64,000 bases of DNA from Promethearchaeota archaeon (GTDB taxonomy: Archaea > Asgardarchaeota > Lokiarchaeia > Sigyniarchaeales > SOKP01). Shown piece by piece: positions 39,183-48,928 of this stretch; positions within the stretch are counted from its first letter, which is position 1, and every line of letters begins with the position of its first letter. The translations under genes were made by a program, and so were the position numbers. Below the pieces are notes generated by a model. That model made no database searches. It saw only the letters and a list, made by a program, of their open reading frames with translations, and was not told the origin of the DNA. The stretch lies in NCBI GenBank assembly GCA_019058445.1, contig JAHPZA010000010.1, positions 288,001 to 352,000 of the forward strand, read 5' to 3'.

Positions 39183-41630
39183 ATGCTTAAGTTAACTTTA
39201 ACCTTTAACCGATTGTTGGACTTCATTTCAGACAAAATTGGAATGAATATTCGACATTTGTTTTCCTTTGGTTTGTCTAAATTATACTCAAATAAGGTAG
39301 ACGAAAACCTACTAGTTTTTGGGAGTACAAATGGAAATGCTTTTTCAGGAAATAGCAGAGATTTATTTCTTTACTTAACGAAAAATACTAATTATAAATG
39401 TGTATGGTTTACATCTTCAGAAAAGATTTTTAAAGATTTAAAAGAGAAAAATTATCATGTCGTCTCAAATAAAAAACTCTTTAAACCTGTAAAAATTCTT
39501 AAATCAGCTAAATATATTTTTATTACACATGGTTTTGGTGATATTTTACTTATCGACTTCTCTCCTAAAACAGAATTAATTCATCTGGATCATGGTAGCG
39601 CATTAAAATTAATTGGAAGAGGGCTTAAAGGTTCCTATTTGAATTTTTTCCAGAAAAAAGTAAATCAATATTTAAATAAATGTATTAGTTATTTAACAGT
39701 GACTTCAGAAGAAACCAAACGTACTAAAAGATTCAGCTATAATTTACCTCCCGAAAAAGTTATTATCACAGGCTATCCCAGAAATGAAATCCTTGTTAAC
39801 TATACTAATGAAATTAAAAATCAAATAAGACATAATTTAAATATAAAAAATAATCATGAAATAATTTTATATGCTCCTACTTTTCGAGAGTATAAACAAG
39901 AAAATCCTTTGAATAAGAGATTTCTAGAAGATTTAGACAATTATTTAATCAAAGAAAACAAAATATTACTATATAAGCCTCATCCTTTTGAAGAAAAAAT
40001 AGATTTGAGTAAATTTCAAAAGATAAAATCCATAGATCCAAATGTAGATATAAGTGATTTATTGGTGATTTCCGAGGTTTTAATTACTGATTATTCCGGA
40101 GTGTTTTATGATTATTTACTTACAATGAGACCAATAATCTTTTTTCCATATGATTTAGATAGATATACTGAAGGGCGAGATTTTTTCTATAATTATGAAA
40201 ATTTTGTCCCGGGGCCAATTGTAGAAAATGGAGAGGATTTAATCGAGAAATTAAAAACCATCCCAGTATGGAATCAAGATTTCTTGGAAGTAAGAAGAAG
40301 AGCACGGGATAAATTTAATAAATACAATGATGCTAATGCTACAAGGAGAATTGTCGATTTCTTCGATTTAAAATATAAAGAAATAGTAACTCCTCCAATA
40401 ACACATCCAAAGATTATATTAGAAAAACCAATAGGAATAATTAATAAAACATTCAATAGAGTTTTAGAATACATTTCAACAAAAATGGGAATGAACCTAA
40501 AACACATATTTTCCTATCTATTATCGAAATTGTATAGTGATAGTACCAATGAGAATTTACTAGTCTTCGGTAGTACGAATGGACAGGCATTTGCCGGTAA
40601 TAGTAAAGTACTCTTTGAATATCTTACCAAAAACTCATCATATCATTGTGTTTGGATAACTGCCTCAGAAAAAGTGTTTAATGATCTTAAGAAAAAAAAT
40701 TATCAAGTTGTTTTAAATAAAAATTTGATTCAAACAATCAAAATATTAAAAGCAGCAAAATTTATTTTCATCACTCATGGTTTTGGGGATATTTTCTTTA
40801 TTGATTTTTCATCAAATACGAAATTAATTCATTTAGGTCATGGTATTTCATTTAAAAAGGGTGGTCATGACTTAACAGACACTTTTATGCCTTTTACCGA
40901 AAAAATGATGAATCAAAGATTAGTTGAAAGCATGAACTTACTTATCGATTCTTCAGATGAAACAAAGAGACATAAAATGACAAGATTTGGTATAGAATCA
41001 AATAAAGTCGCTGTGACAGGATATCCTAGAAATGATATTTTAGCAAATCATACTCGAGAATTAGAATATCAAATTAAGGCGAGCTTAAATATAGAGAATT
41101 ATTCGGAAGTCATCCTTTACGCACCAACATTTAGAGATTATGAGTATCAATTTCCATTGAGAGAGGACTTTCTGAAAAAATTAGATAAATTTTTGATCGA
41201 AGAAAATAAAATATTAATTTATAAACCACATCCATTTACAGAAGATATTAACCTAAGACAATATAGAAATATAAGATCTGTCAAAAGAAATGTAGATATC
41301 AATGATTTATTAATTATTGCGGATATTTTGATAACTGATTATTCGAGTGTATTTTATGATTATTTATTGACTCTACGCCCGATAATATTTTTTGCTGATG
41401 ATTTAGAAAGATATACAGAAGTCAGAGATTTTTATTATGACTATAAAACTTTTGTGCCTGGTCCGTTAGTTTCAACGGGAGGTGAATTAATTCAAAAACT
41501 AAAAAAATTAAAAGAATGGAATTTGGAATATGTTGAAAAGAGAAAATTAATGCGCGATAAATTTAACAAATATGCTGATGGGAGGGCAACTGAAAGAATA
41601 ATTGAACTTCTTAATTTGAGTGTATACTAA
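39183..41630 (+). CDS. Tandem double-domain CDP-glycerol glycerophosphotransferase (TagF/TagB-like)
   Basis: Two copies of FGSTNG.AF.GNS, ITHGFGD, HG, TGYPRN, LYAPTFR, KPHP, ITDYS, PGP. Confidence 0.9.
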   Translation: MLKLTLTFNRLLDFISDKIGMNIRHLFSFGLSKLYSNKVDENLLVFGSTNGNAFSGNSRDLFLYLTKNTNYKCVWFTSSEKIFKDLKEKNYHVVSNKKLFKPVKILKSAKYIFITHGFGDILLIDFSPKTELIHLDHGSALKLIGRGLKGSYLNFFQKKVNQYLNKCISYLTVTSEETKRTKRFSYNLPPEKVIITGYPRNEILVNYTNEIKNQIRHNLNIKNNHEIILYAPTFREYKQENPLNKRFLEDLDNYLIKENKILLYKPHPFEEKIDLSKFQKIKSIDPNVDISDLLVISEVLITDYSGVFYDYLLTMRPIIFFPYDLDRYTEGRDFFYNYENFVPGPIVENGEDLIEKLKTIPVWNQDFLEVRRRARDKFNKYNDANATRRIVDFFDLKYKEIVTPPITHPKIILEKPIGIINKTFNRVLEYISTKMGMNLKHIFSYLLSKLYSDSTNENLLVFGSTNGQAFAGNSKVLFEYLTKNSSYHCVWITASEKVFNDLKKKNYQVVLNKNLIQTIKILKAAKFIFITHGFGDIFFIDFSSNTKLIHLGHGISFKKGGHDLTDTFMPFTEKMMNQRLVESMNLLIDSSDETKRHKMTRFGIESNKVAVTGYPRNDILANHTRELEYQIKASLNIENYSEVILYAPTFRDYEYQFPLREDFLKKLDKFLIEENKILIYKPHPFTEDINLRQYRNIRSVKRNVDINDLLIIADILITDYSSVFYDYLLTLRPIIFFADDLERYTEVRDFYYDYKTFVPGPLVSTGGELIQKLKKLKEWNLEYVEKRKLMRDKFNKYADGRATERIIELLNLSVY

Positions 41631-42769
41631 ATTTTTCGTTTTATTTTCTTTTCAAATAAATAAATGAAAATCTTTTTCCATTTTATAATGGATTTTTCAA
41701 TATTCATTTCATTGTACACGTAGTTATAAGCATTCTTACTACAACTATTCCATAATTCTCGGTTATTAAGAAGTTGAGCTAAGTTCTTTTTTAATTCCTC
41801 AAAATCATTATGGCAGTAAAGCCCCACTTGATTCTTAGTAATAAAATTATCTGGATTTATATTTAAGCTTAAAAGTGGTGTCGAAGAATTCATAGCTTGG
41901 TTAAAAGAATTTGGAAATCCTTCTGCCAATGAAGTGTTTACAAAAACTTTAGCATCTTTATAATACTCTCCAACATCAGAAAAAGGGACACCAGGAATAA
42001 ATTTGAGATTATTGACCTTCTTCGCTTCCTTTTTTATCTTCTCAAAAAAGCGCTTATTTTTAGCTAAGGGCATTATCATCATAAATTTTTCATCAGGAAA
42101 TTCCCTTGCCAATTTAATAAAAATTTCTGGTCGTTTCCATACCTCACTTCTTGCAACCCATAGAATAGAATCTCTTTTGTTGTTATTTATTTTCTGTAAA
42201 AAGTATGAATTCCGAATGACTGTCGAGGGATAATTAAAAGTTTTTTTTAACATATCCCGGTCTTCTTCATTTTGTACTACAATATGGTCAACGTTTATAT
42301 ACCCTAATAAAAATAGCAAATATCTACTACTCAATCTTTTTATTATATGTTCTAAAATTATTTTTTTATTTACTTGATGCTGATGTTCAGTTCGGTGTAT
42401 ATGTATTTTTCCAGTTAATTTACAATAGAGATTTGTAAATCCAACGTATTTTGATAGATTAGCGGTAAAATAAATATCAGCATTAATCTGTACTAATCTA
42501 CGATAAAATTTTATAAAAGCATTAAAATAATTAACAAAAGATTTCTCTTGCGAATGTCCTTTAACTACTTTTATGTTATTATAAATTTCCAAGTCATCTT
42601 GACCGAAATCTGCAACTAAAAAATACACATCAAACTTTCTATCTTTGGATAATTCTATAGCAATATTACATAGATCTACTTCCGCGCCTCCTATTTTCGC
42701 GGAAGAATTTGGATTAAAAACCGCGTAGGCAAATGCTTGTACAAAACATATTTTTATTTTTCTTATCAT
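41627..42769 (-). CDS. GT4 glycosyltransferase
   Basis: GGAEV, ILWVAR...KRPE, NTSLAEGFPNSF. Confidence 0.9.
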   Translation of the reverse strand: MIRKIKICFVQAFAYAVFNPNSSAKIGGAEVDLCNIAIELSKDRKFDVYFLVADFGQDDLEIYNNIKVVKGHSQEKSFVNYFNAFIKFYRRLVQINADIYFTANLSKYVGFTNLYCKLTGKIHIHRTEHQHQVNKKIILEHIIKRLSSRYLLFLLGYINVDHIVVQNEEDRDMLKKTFNYPSTVIRNSYFLQKINNNKRDSILWVARSEVWKRPEIFIKLAREFPDEKFMMIMPLAKNKRFFEKIKKEAKKVNNLKFIPGVPFSDVGEYYKDAKVFVNTSLAEGFPNSFNQAMNSSTPLLSLNINPDNFITKNQVGLYCHNDFEELKKNLAQLLNNRELWNSCSKNAYNYVYNEMNIEKSIIKWKKIFIYLFEKKIKRKI

Positions 42770-42799
42770 GGTCTTACGATATAAGTATTTATAATTTAA

Positions 42800-43600
42800 T
42801 CATCTTTTTTTAAAGACAGCTTCAAAAGAATCAACATTATTCTTAAAGTATGTTTCGTAGAAAATGAGATCTAAGAGCATATTATCATCAATAAATTTGA
42901 ATGTTTCCCCCTTTTTATTTGCTAAAATTAACTCACTATCATCCACATAGATATCGAATTTATGCATCCCTGCCCATGAAGTTCTAGTTCCCTCTTTTAT
43001 ATTACTACAAACAAACAATAATCCTCCTTTTTTCAAAACAGAATAAGCATTTCTAAAACATTTAAGTGGGTCTTCTGTATGATCTAAAGAATTTTGAGCA
43101 AAAACAACATGAAATGTCTCTTCTTTGAATATATCTAAAAGATCTTCACCTTTTTGTTTTATTGGGGTAATAGGATATGTATAGTTCAATTGTTTCATAA
43201 TTTTTTTGTAAACATCCGCTAAGGGATCGATTGCGATAACTTCAAGTAATTTTTTATCAACCCAATACGATAGATTAGAATTGGGTCCAGATCCGATTTC
43301 TAAGGTATATAAAGAGTTTACTTTGAATACTTCATCTCTTAATTTATAGACCTCGTCTCTTATTCCTTCTGGGAAAACACTTTCATTTCTTCTACATGAT
43401 TCTAGAAACGCAACTGGATCCTCTAATTTTATAAAAAATAAGCTTTCGTAGCTATAAATCTCTGATGCTATATTTCTCTCTCTTCTAATATAAGCTTTAA
43501 TACTATAAAATAGAGATTTTAATAGTAGTTTGAAATTAATCAAACTTATTCTATTTTCCTTAAACGCAAATATAATAAATCGCTTTATCTTTTTTGACAT
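42800..43600 (-). CDS. Class I SAM-dependent methyltransferase
   Basis: LEIGSGP, IDPLAD, NSLDH, LKKGG. Confidence 0.85.
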   Translation of the reverse strand: MSKKIKRFIIFAFKENRISLINFKLLLKSLFYSIKAYIRRERNIASEIYSYESLFFIKLEDPVAFLESCRRNESVFPEGIRDEVYKLRDEVFKVNSLYTLEIGSGPNSNLSYWVDKKLLEVIAIDPLADVYKKIMKQLNYTYPITPIKQKGEDLLDIFKEETFHVVFAQNSLDHTEDPLKCFRNAYSVLKKGGLLFVCSNIKEGTRTSWAGMHKFDIYVDDSELILANKKGETFKFIDDNMLLDLIFYETYFKNNVDSFEAVFKKR

Positions 43601-43614
43601 CTTATTTTTTGCTA

Positions 43615-44274
43615 TTATATAAGACCTATTTTATAAATTAAATTAAAAATATTGGCTCTGAATTTAAAAATAAATCCACGTTGTTTATATAAGCGAACAC
43701 GTTTTTTAATTGAGATTTCATATTCTTTTTTTAATTTATGCTTATTTAATACACCATATCCTAAAAAAAATCCTTTAGAACATAGTTCATATTTATAATA
43801 ATACCAGGGCCTTTTTAATTTATATAAATTTAGAGTTAACTTCATAGATACTAAATCATGAATATGATCTCTTTCATTGAAAAATGGAACGTCTGCGAAA
43901 AAAAACGTCTCATTTTTATAAATTACATCATGCACTTCAAGGTGACTATGAGAAAACCCTTTTTCATGAAAGATTCTTAATTTTTTTCCAAATTCATAAT
44001 ATACTTTTGGATCTAAAATATCAACCAACTTTTTACCATCAATGTATCTGCTAACAATAAATTGTTTGTTTTTTGAAAAATAGATTGGCTCTATAAGTTG
44101 GAAATTATCAACTTCTAATTTATTCCAATATCTTTTTAGGTAATTAAATTCCTTTTCCATCCATTCTTCTTTTCCTTTACAAACTTTAATGAAATAATTT
44201 TTATCTGCTGTGATATAATAGCTATTGGTTCCTCCGAACAAAGATCTCTTGATTTTTTTTAATGAACTCTTCAT
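43615..44274 (-). CDS. Protein-kinase-fold (Kdo/WaaP/RIO/APH-like) protein with an atypical catalytic loop
   Basis: YFIK, EKEF, RYIDG, G..L..FH..G and HSHLEVHD in place of HxDxxxxN; ADVP in place of DFG. Confidence 0.6.
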   Translation of the reverse strand: MKSSLKKIKRSLFGGTNSYYITADKNYFIKVCKGKEEWMEKEFNYLKRYWNKLEVDNFQLIEPIYFSKNKQFIVSRYIDGKKLVDILDPKVYYEFGKKLRIFHEKGFSHSHLEVHDVIYKNETFFFADVPFFNERDHIHDLVSMKLTLNLYKLKRPWYYYKYELCSKGFFLGYGVLNKHKLKKEYEISIKKRVRLYKQRGFIFKFRANIFNLIYKIGLI

Positions 44275-44414
44275 TTTATTTTTAAATTTTTATAATCAAA
44301 TTTAGAAGTGATTATTCTTAGAATTATGGATGAAAAAAGAAATTTTCATATTATATTTATTAAAAAATCTTAATTTTTAATAGATTTATCATTTTGGCTA
44401 AATCAAGGTAAATC

Positions 44415-44975
44415 TCAAATTAGTTCATAATCATGCCAAAATTTCCAATAATAATTTATAATAAGACCATCTTTAATTACTGGTTTTTTACGAGGATTTT
44501 TGGTATAATCATAAATCCATTTGATTCCATATTTCTTGGCAAGTTCTATAGTATAATCATTGTATTGCCGCCATCCGGGAGCGCATTTTGTTGGATTAAT
44601 TCCCAACGAATTCAAAAACTTCATCGATTCTTCAAATTTTTCATCCTGAAGTTTATTATCAAAAAATGCCGGAACATTACATAAATGGATATGTAACTGT
44701 ATTTCTTCATTGTATTTTTTTAAAATTTCAATTCTTTTAGCTAAAATGTGGGTGAATTGAGCTTTATCTTGTTTTATATTGAAATAGCTCTTACAATATT
44801 CATAATTAGCAGGAGTTACAACAAACCATATATAACCCTTTCCAAGTAAATTTTGAAGTTTTTTCCACATGTCATCTCTTACTAGAGCTTCAGCATGAAG
44901 TGTTTTTTCTTTAACTTTTGCGAATTTCCGTAAAATCTTGAACATAAATTCGTCTAAAGATTTTTTTAATTTCAT
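44415..44975 (-). CDS. Short NodB/DUF2334-like carbohydrate esterase-fold protein
   Basis: WFVVTP, EIQLHIH, APGW, WHDY. Confidence 0.55.
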   Translation of the reverse strand: MKLKKSLDEFMFKILRKFAKVKEKTLHAEALVRDDMWKKLQNLLGKGYIWFVVTPANYEYCKSYFNIKQDKAQFTHILAKRIEILKKYNEEIQLHIHLCNVPAFFDNKLQDEKFEESMKFLNSLGINPTKCAPGWRQYNDYTIELAKKYGIKWIYDYTKNPRKKPVIKDGLIINYYWKFWHDYELI

Positions 44976-45534
44976 AGCCGGGAAAATATTCTTTAATTTA
45001 ATATGTCTAGTAATATTTGAGTTATTAAGTTAATTATATTTTAACCAAATAAAGAGATCCACTTCTCTTTAGGAAGTACTCAAATAAAAATTAACATTAA
45101 CCAAGTTTAATCTGCTTTAAATTACCTTAAATTTTTTTTAACCTTGTATATGCTTAAAATTCCATAGTTTTTGACGAAGAAAATTTGTTAGTTAAACGGA
45201 CTTTTCTAAAAGGATGAAATTGAAGATTCTAAGCCAAATATTATGTAAAATTAAAATAACTGGAATTGTAAGAATTTTAAGAATAAATCCGGATTTTTTC
45301 TTCTATTAAAGAAATTAATCTATTGATATTTAATCACTCCATAGGACATTTAAAAGTATGATATAAGATTTTAGAATTAATTTAACAAGGTCTATTCGAT
45401 AAACTCAAATTATTTCAGAATGTAAATTAGATAGAAATTGATAAGAATGAAATACTAATCAGATCTAAAGAAAATATTTATCCTAAAAGAAAAGTTAAAG
45501 AAAAATATAATTAAACAAAATAAATAGAATATCA

Positions 45535-46773
45535 ATGATAACAAAATTTTTTGAAAAAATTTTATCCAAAGTTAAGTTCTATACAATAGCAAGGCTCTTA
45601 AGAATCCATCCACATTTCTTTTTTGACCTCGTGGTATATCACTTTTCAAAATTTTTTAGAGGAAATGTAGATGACAAGTTGATTATTTTAGGTGGTAATT
45701 ATGCCAAATATTTTGGAGGAAATACAAAATATCTTTATATATATTTAAAAGAAAACACAGATTATCAATTATTTTGGATGTCTAAATCTCTGGAGTTAAA
45801 CAAGAAATTAGAAAAACAAGGAATTAAAACTATATACGCATATACTTTAAAAGCAATCAAAATGTTGAGAAGAGCTCGAGCTGTTTTTGTTACGCATGGA
45901 ACTATTGATGTTCTTCCTATAAAATTCTCCCCAAGAACCGTACATGTTCAAACTTGGCATGGAGGAGATATTAAAATTATAGGCAATAATCCTTATGCTG
46001 CAAAATATATTTATTCTAAATGGGCAAAATTATTAAGATTAAAACTTCGAGATCATGAGTATGTTGATTTTCTCGTATCACAATCAAGAGCAAAAAGACC
46101 ATTAGAGATCTTATCAGAAGCATTTAGATATCCTTTAGAAAGGATAATACCTACTGGATATCCCAGAAATGATATATTTTTTTCTAAGGAAAAAGATTTA
46201 AAAGTTAAATTAAGAATGAAATATAATATTCCAAGTTACATAAATAAAATTCTCTTATATGCACCTACATTTCGACCAGATTTTGAAGCTAAATTTCCGC
46301 TTAATAATGAAAATTTAGTTAAATTAAATCAATATTTATTAGAAACGAAATATCTATTTTTAATGAAAGGGCATATCAAGGAGAGAACTATTTCATTTAA
46401 AGATTTAGAGAATATAAAGACTATAGGATTAGAAGCAGATACTCAAGAATTATTATATATCACGGATATCTTAATTACTGATTATTCCTCGATATACTGT
46501 GATTTTTTATTACTAAATCGACCAGTCCTTTTATTTACCTATGATTATAAAAAATATGAAAAAGAGCGAGGATTTTATTATGATCATTTAGAAGAAATTG
46601 CTCCTGGACCATTAATTTATACGGGAGAAGAATTAATTAATACTATCAAAAATATTCAAGTTTTAGAGAAACAATACGAATCAAAACGATTAGAATTAAG
46701 AGATTATTTTAATGCATACAATGATGGAAAATCTTCAGAAAGATTGTTAAGATTTCTTAAATTAATAGAATAA
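45535..46773 (+). CDS. TagF-like CDP-alcohol/CMP-phosphonate phosphotransferase
   Basis: FGGNTK, VTHG, QTWHG, TGYPRND, LYAPTFR, ITDYSS, PGP. Confidence 0.9.
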   Translation: MITKFFEKILSKVKFYTIARLLRIHPHFFFDLVVYHFSKFFRGNVDDKLIILGGNYAKYFGGNTKYLYIYLKENTDYQLFWMSKSLELNKKLEKQGIKTIYAYTLKAIKMLRRARAVFVTHGTIDVLPIKFSPRTVHVQTWHGGDIKIIGNNPYAAKYIYSKWAKLLRLKLRDHEYVDFLVSQSRAKRPLEILSEAFRYPLERIIPTGYPRNDIFFSKEKDLKVKLRMKYNIPSYINKILLYAPTFRPDFEAKFPLNNENLVKLNQYLLETKYLFLMKGHIKERTISFKDLENIKTIGLEADTQELLYITDILITDYSSIYCDFLLLNRPVLLFTYDYKKYEKERGFYYDHLEEIAPGPLIYTGEELINTIKNIQVLEKQYESKRLELRDYFNAYNDGKSSERLLRFLKLIE

Positions 46774-47198
46774 TTTATTTTAATTATAATGTGACATTAG
46801 TATATTAAAATGCTAAGGTCTACGATTCATCCTATTGTAAAGGAACTTTTGATCTGTAAAGTAACCGATAATTAATTGAAAGATTATCGTGGCAAGAGAA
46901 TTAAAGGCAAATATCAAACCTGTTTGAAACCAATTTAAGTTAAATTCAAAATACAAACTTGCTATTCATACAGGCAAAACAAATGTTATAGGATCATTAT
47001 TAAAATAATAAACATATAACCTCTTTTGAATGTAAGAACTCTTTTCTTTAGGATTATTCAACAATATTTTAAGTATTTCATTTAATAAAAAAATCTTCTA
47101 TTACCTGAAAATAAGATTTTAATAATGAAAGTTAAAACGTTCTAAATATAATTTATAAGCCTGCTTTTTTAGGCTTGAGAATTAAAAGAGAACAAATT

Positions 47199-47206
47199 TT
47201 TATATA
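47199..47206 (+). promoter_or_regulatory. Candidate archaeal TATA box for pepM
   Basis: TTTATATA 26-33 nt upstream of the TTG start at 47232, with a small hairpin AAGCCT-N8-AGGCTT at 47157-47176; weak evidence in such AT-rich DNA. Confidence 0.3.
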
Positions 47207-47231
47207 ACATGAAAATTTCTTATAATATGAT

Positions 47232-48926
47232 TTGACGCTTAAGAATAGAATTTCTCCAGAAAAAAGAAGAAAAAAATTAAAAGAATTATTAATTAGAAAA
47301 AATCCCCTACGATTTTTAGAAGCTCATGATGGAATTAGCGCGATAATTTCAAATAATACTAAAATTACAATAAATAATGGAGAAGTTCTTGAATTTGATG
47401 GACTTTGGGAAAGTAGTTTTACCGATAGCGCATCAAAAGGATATCCAGATGCTGATATTATAAGTTTTGATTCTAGATGTGAATCATTGAAATACATTTT
47501 AGATGCTACCAATAAGCCAATAATTTTTGATGGGGATACTGGAGGAGATCCTACTAATTTCGAATATCAAGTTAAGCGCTTAGAAGATCTGGGAGTATCA
47601 ATGATTATTATAGAAGACAAAGTTTATCCTAAACGAAATAGTTTAGATGAGACCGCTTCTCAGATACAAGAGGATCCTCAGATTTTTGCAATTAAATTAA
47701 AACGGGGTAAAGAAGCATTACACTCAGATGGCTTAATGATTGCTGCAAGAATTGAAAGCTTAATAACAGGGTCTGGATTAAAAGATGCCCTTTTAAGAGC
47801 CAAAATATATTTAAATGCGGGGGCAGATGCTATCATGATTCATTCAAAAGAAGAGGATCCGAAGGAAATTTTTGAATTTGCTAAAGAATATAATGAATTA
47901 TCTAAAAACATCAGTTTTCGAAAACCATTAATATGCGTTCCTACAACATATAATACTGTTACAGTAGACGAATTTGAAAAAGCAGGATTTAATATTATAA
48001 TCTATGCGAATCATCTAATAAGAGCTTCATTTAAAGCAATGAAAAAAGCTGCTGAACTAATTTTAAGAAATGGAAGAAGCTTTGAGGTTGAATCGATATG
48101 CACTCCAGTTAAAAAAATTTTTTCAGTAGTAGGATTTGAAGAGATCAAAAAGAAAGATAAAAAATTTCAAAAGGCACAAAGAGTTATTATACCCGCTGCT
48201 GGGTTTGATAATAATTTTGATATTCCTAAAGCAATGATAAAAATTAAAGGAAAACCAATTATTAAAAGGCAAATTGAGGTTTTAAAGAAATTTGGTTTTG
48301 CAAAAATAACAGTAATTAGAGGATGGAAGAAAGAGTTAGTAACTTTGGAGGGTATTAAATATTTCGATAATGATTTTTATGATAAAACTTACATAGCTCA
48401 TTCTTTATTTCATGCAGAGGAAGATTTTAAAAATGGATTCTTATACATTAATTCTGATATCCTTTTTACCGAAGAAGTCATCAATAAAATCATAAACACA
48501 CCATATGATATTGTATTAGCTGTAGATAGAACTTACCAATACCATAAACACGAAATTGATAAAAAACTTGATATGGTTTTAACTAAAAACAAACCTACAA
48601 ATCGAATTTGGAAATTAGGAAGGGAAGAAAATGAAGTTATAAGAATCGGTAAAAATATCAAGATTGAAATGGCTGATTATGAATATATCGGAATTGCTAA
48701 TTTCTCTGAGAATGGAGCAGAGATTTTAAGAAAAGTATATCATGATTGTAAAATGAATTGGCAAGGCAAATTTCATGAAGCTGATGATTTTTCTAAAGCT
48801 GATTTTATGGATTTAATACAAGAAATAATTAATCGAGGTTTTAAAGTAAATATTGTTGAGATTCATCAGGGTTGGATCGAAATTAATGATGAAAGGGACG
48901 TAAAATTAGCAGAAATGATGATTTAA
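47232..48926 (+). CDS. pepM: Phosphoenolpyruvate mutase fused to a C-terminal nucleotidyltransferase domain
   Basis: Diagnostic EDKxxxxxNS motif (IEDKVYPKRNS), DGDTGG, ARIESL, IYANH; C-terminal IIPAAG...PKAM, SDILF, WIEI. Confidence 0.96.
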   Translation: MTLKNRISPEKRRKKLKELLIRKNPLRFLEAHDGISAIISNNTKITINNGEVLEFDGLWESSFTDSASKGYPDADIISFDSRCESLKYILDATNKPIIFDGDTGGDPTNFEYQVKRLEDLGVSMIIIEDKVYPKRNSLDETASQIQEDPQIFAIKLKRGKEALHSDGLMIAARIESLITGSGLKDALLRAKIYLNAGADAIMIHSKEEDPKEIFEFAKEYNELSKNISFRKPLICVPTTYNTVTVDEFEKAGFNIIIYANHLIRASFKAMKKAAELILRNGRSFEVESICTPVKKIFSVVGFEEIKKKDKKFQKAQRVIIPAAGFDNNFDIPKAMIKIKGKPIIKRQIEVLKKFGFAKITVIRGWKKELVTLEGIKYFDNDFYDKTYIAHSLFHAEEDFKNGFLYINSDILFTEEVINKIINTPYDIVLAVDRTYQYHKHEIDKKLDMVLTKNKPTNRIWKLGREENEVIRIGKNIKIEMADYEYIGIANFSENGAEILRKVYHDCKMNWQGKFHEADDFSKADFMDLIQEIINRGFKVNIVEIHQGWIEINDERDVKLAEMMI

Positions 48927-48928
48927 TT

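Noticed and set aside
44976-45534. Long intergenic gap as possible ncRNA, CRISPR or IS
   Set aside because: No repeats with spacers, no GC-rich structured segment, no terminal inverted repeats and no recognisable coding remnant. The same holds for the window's other gaps: no tRNA, rRNA, CRISPR or transposase seen.
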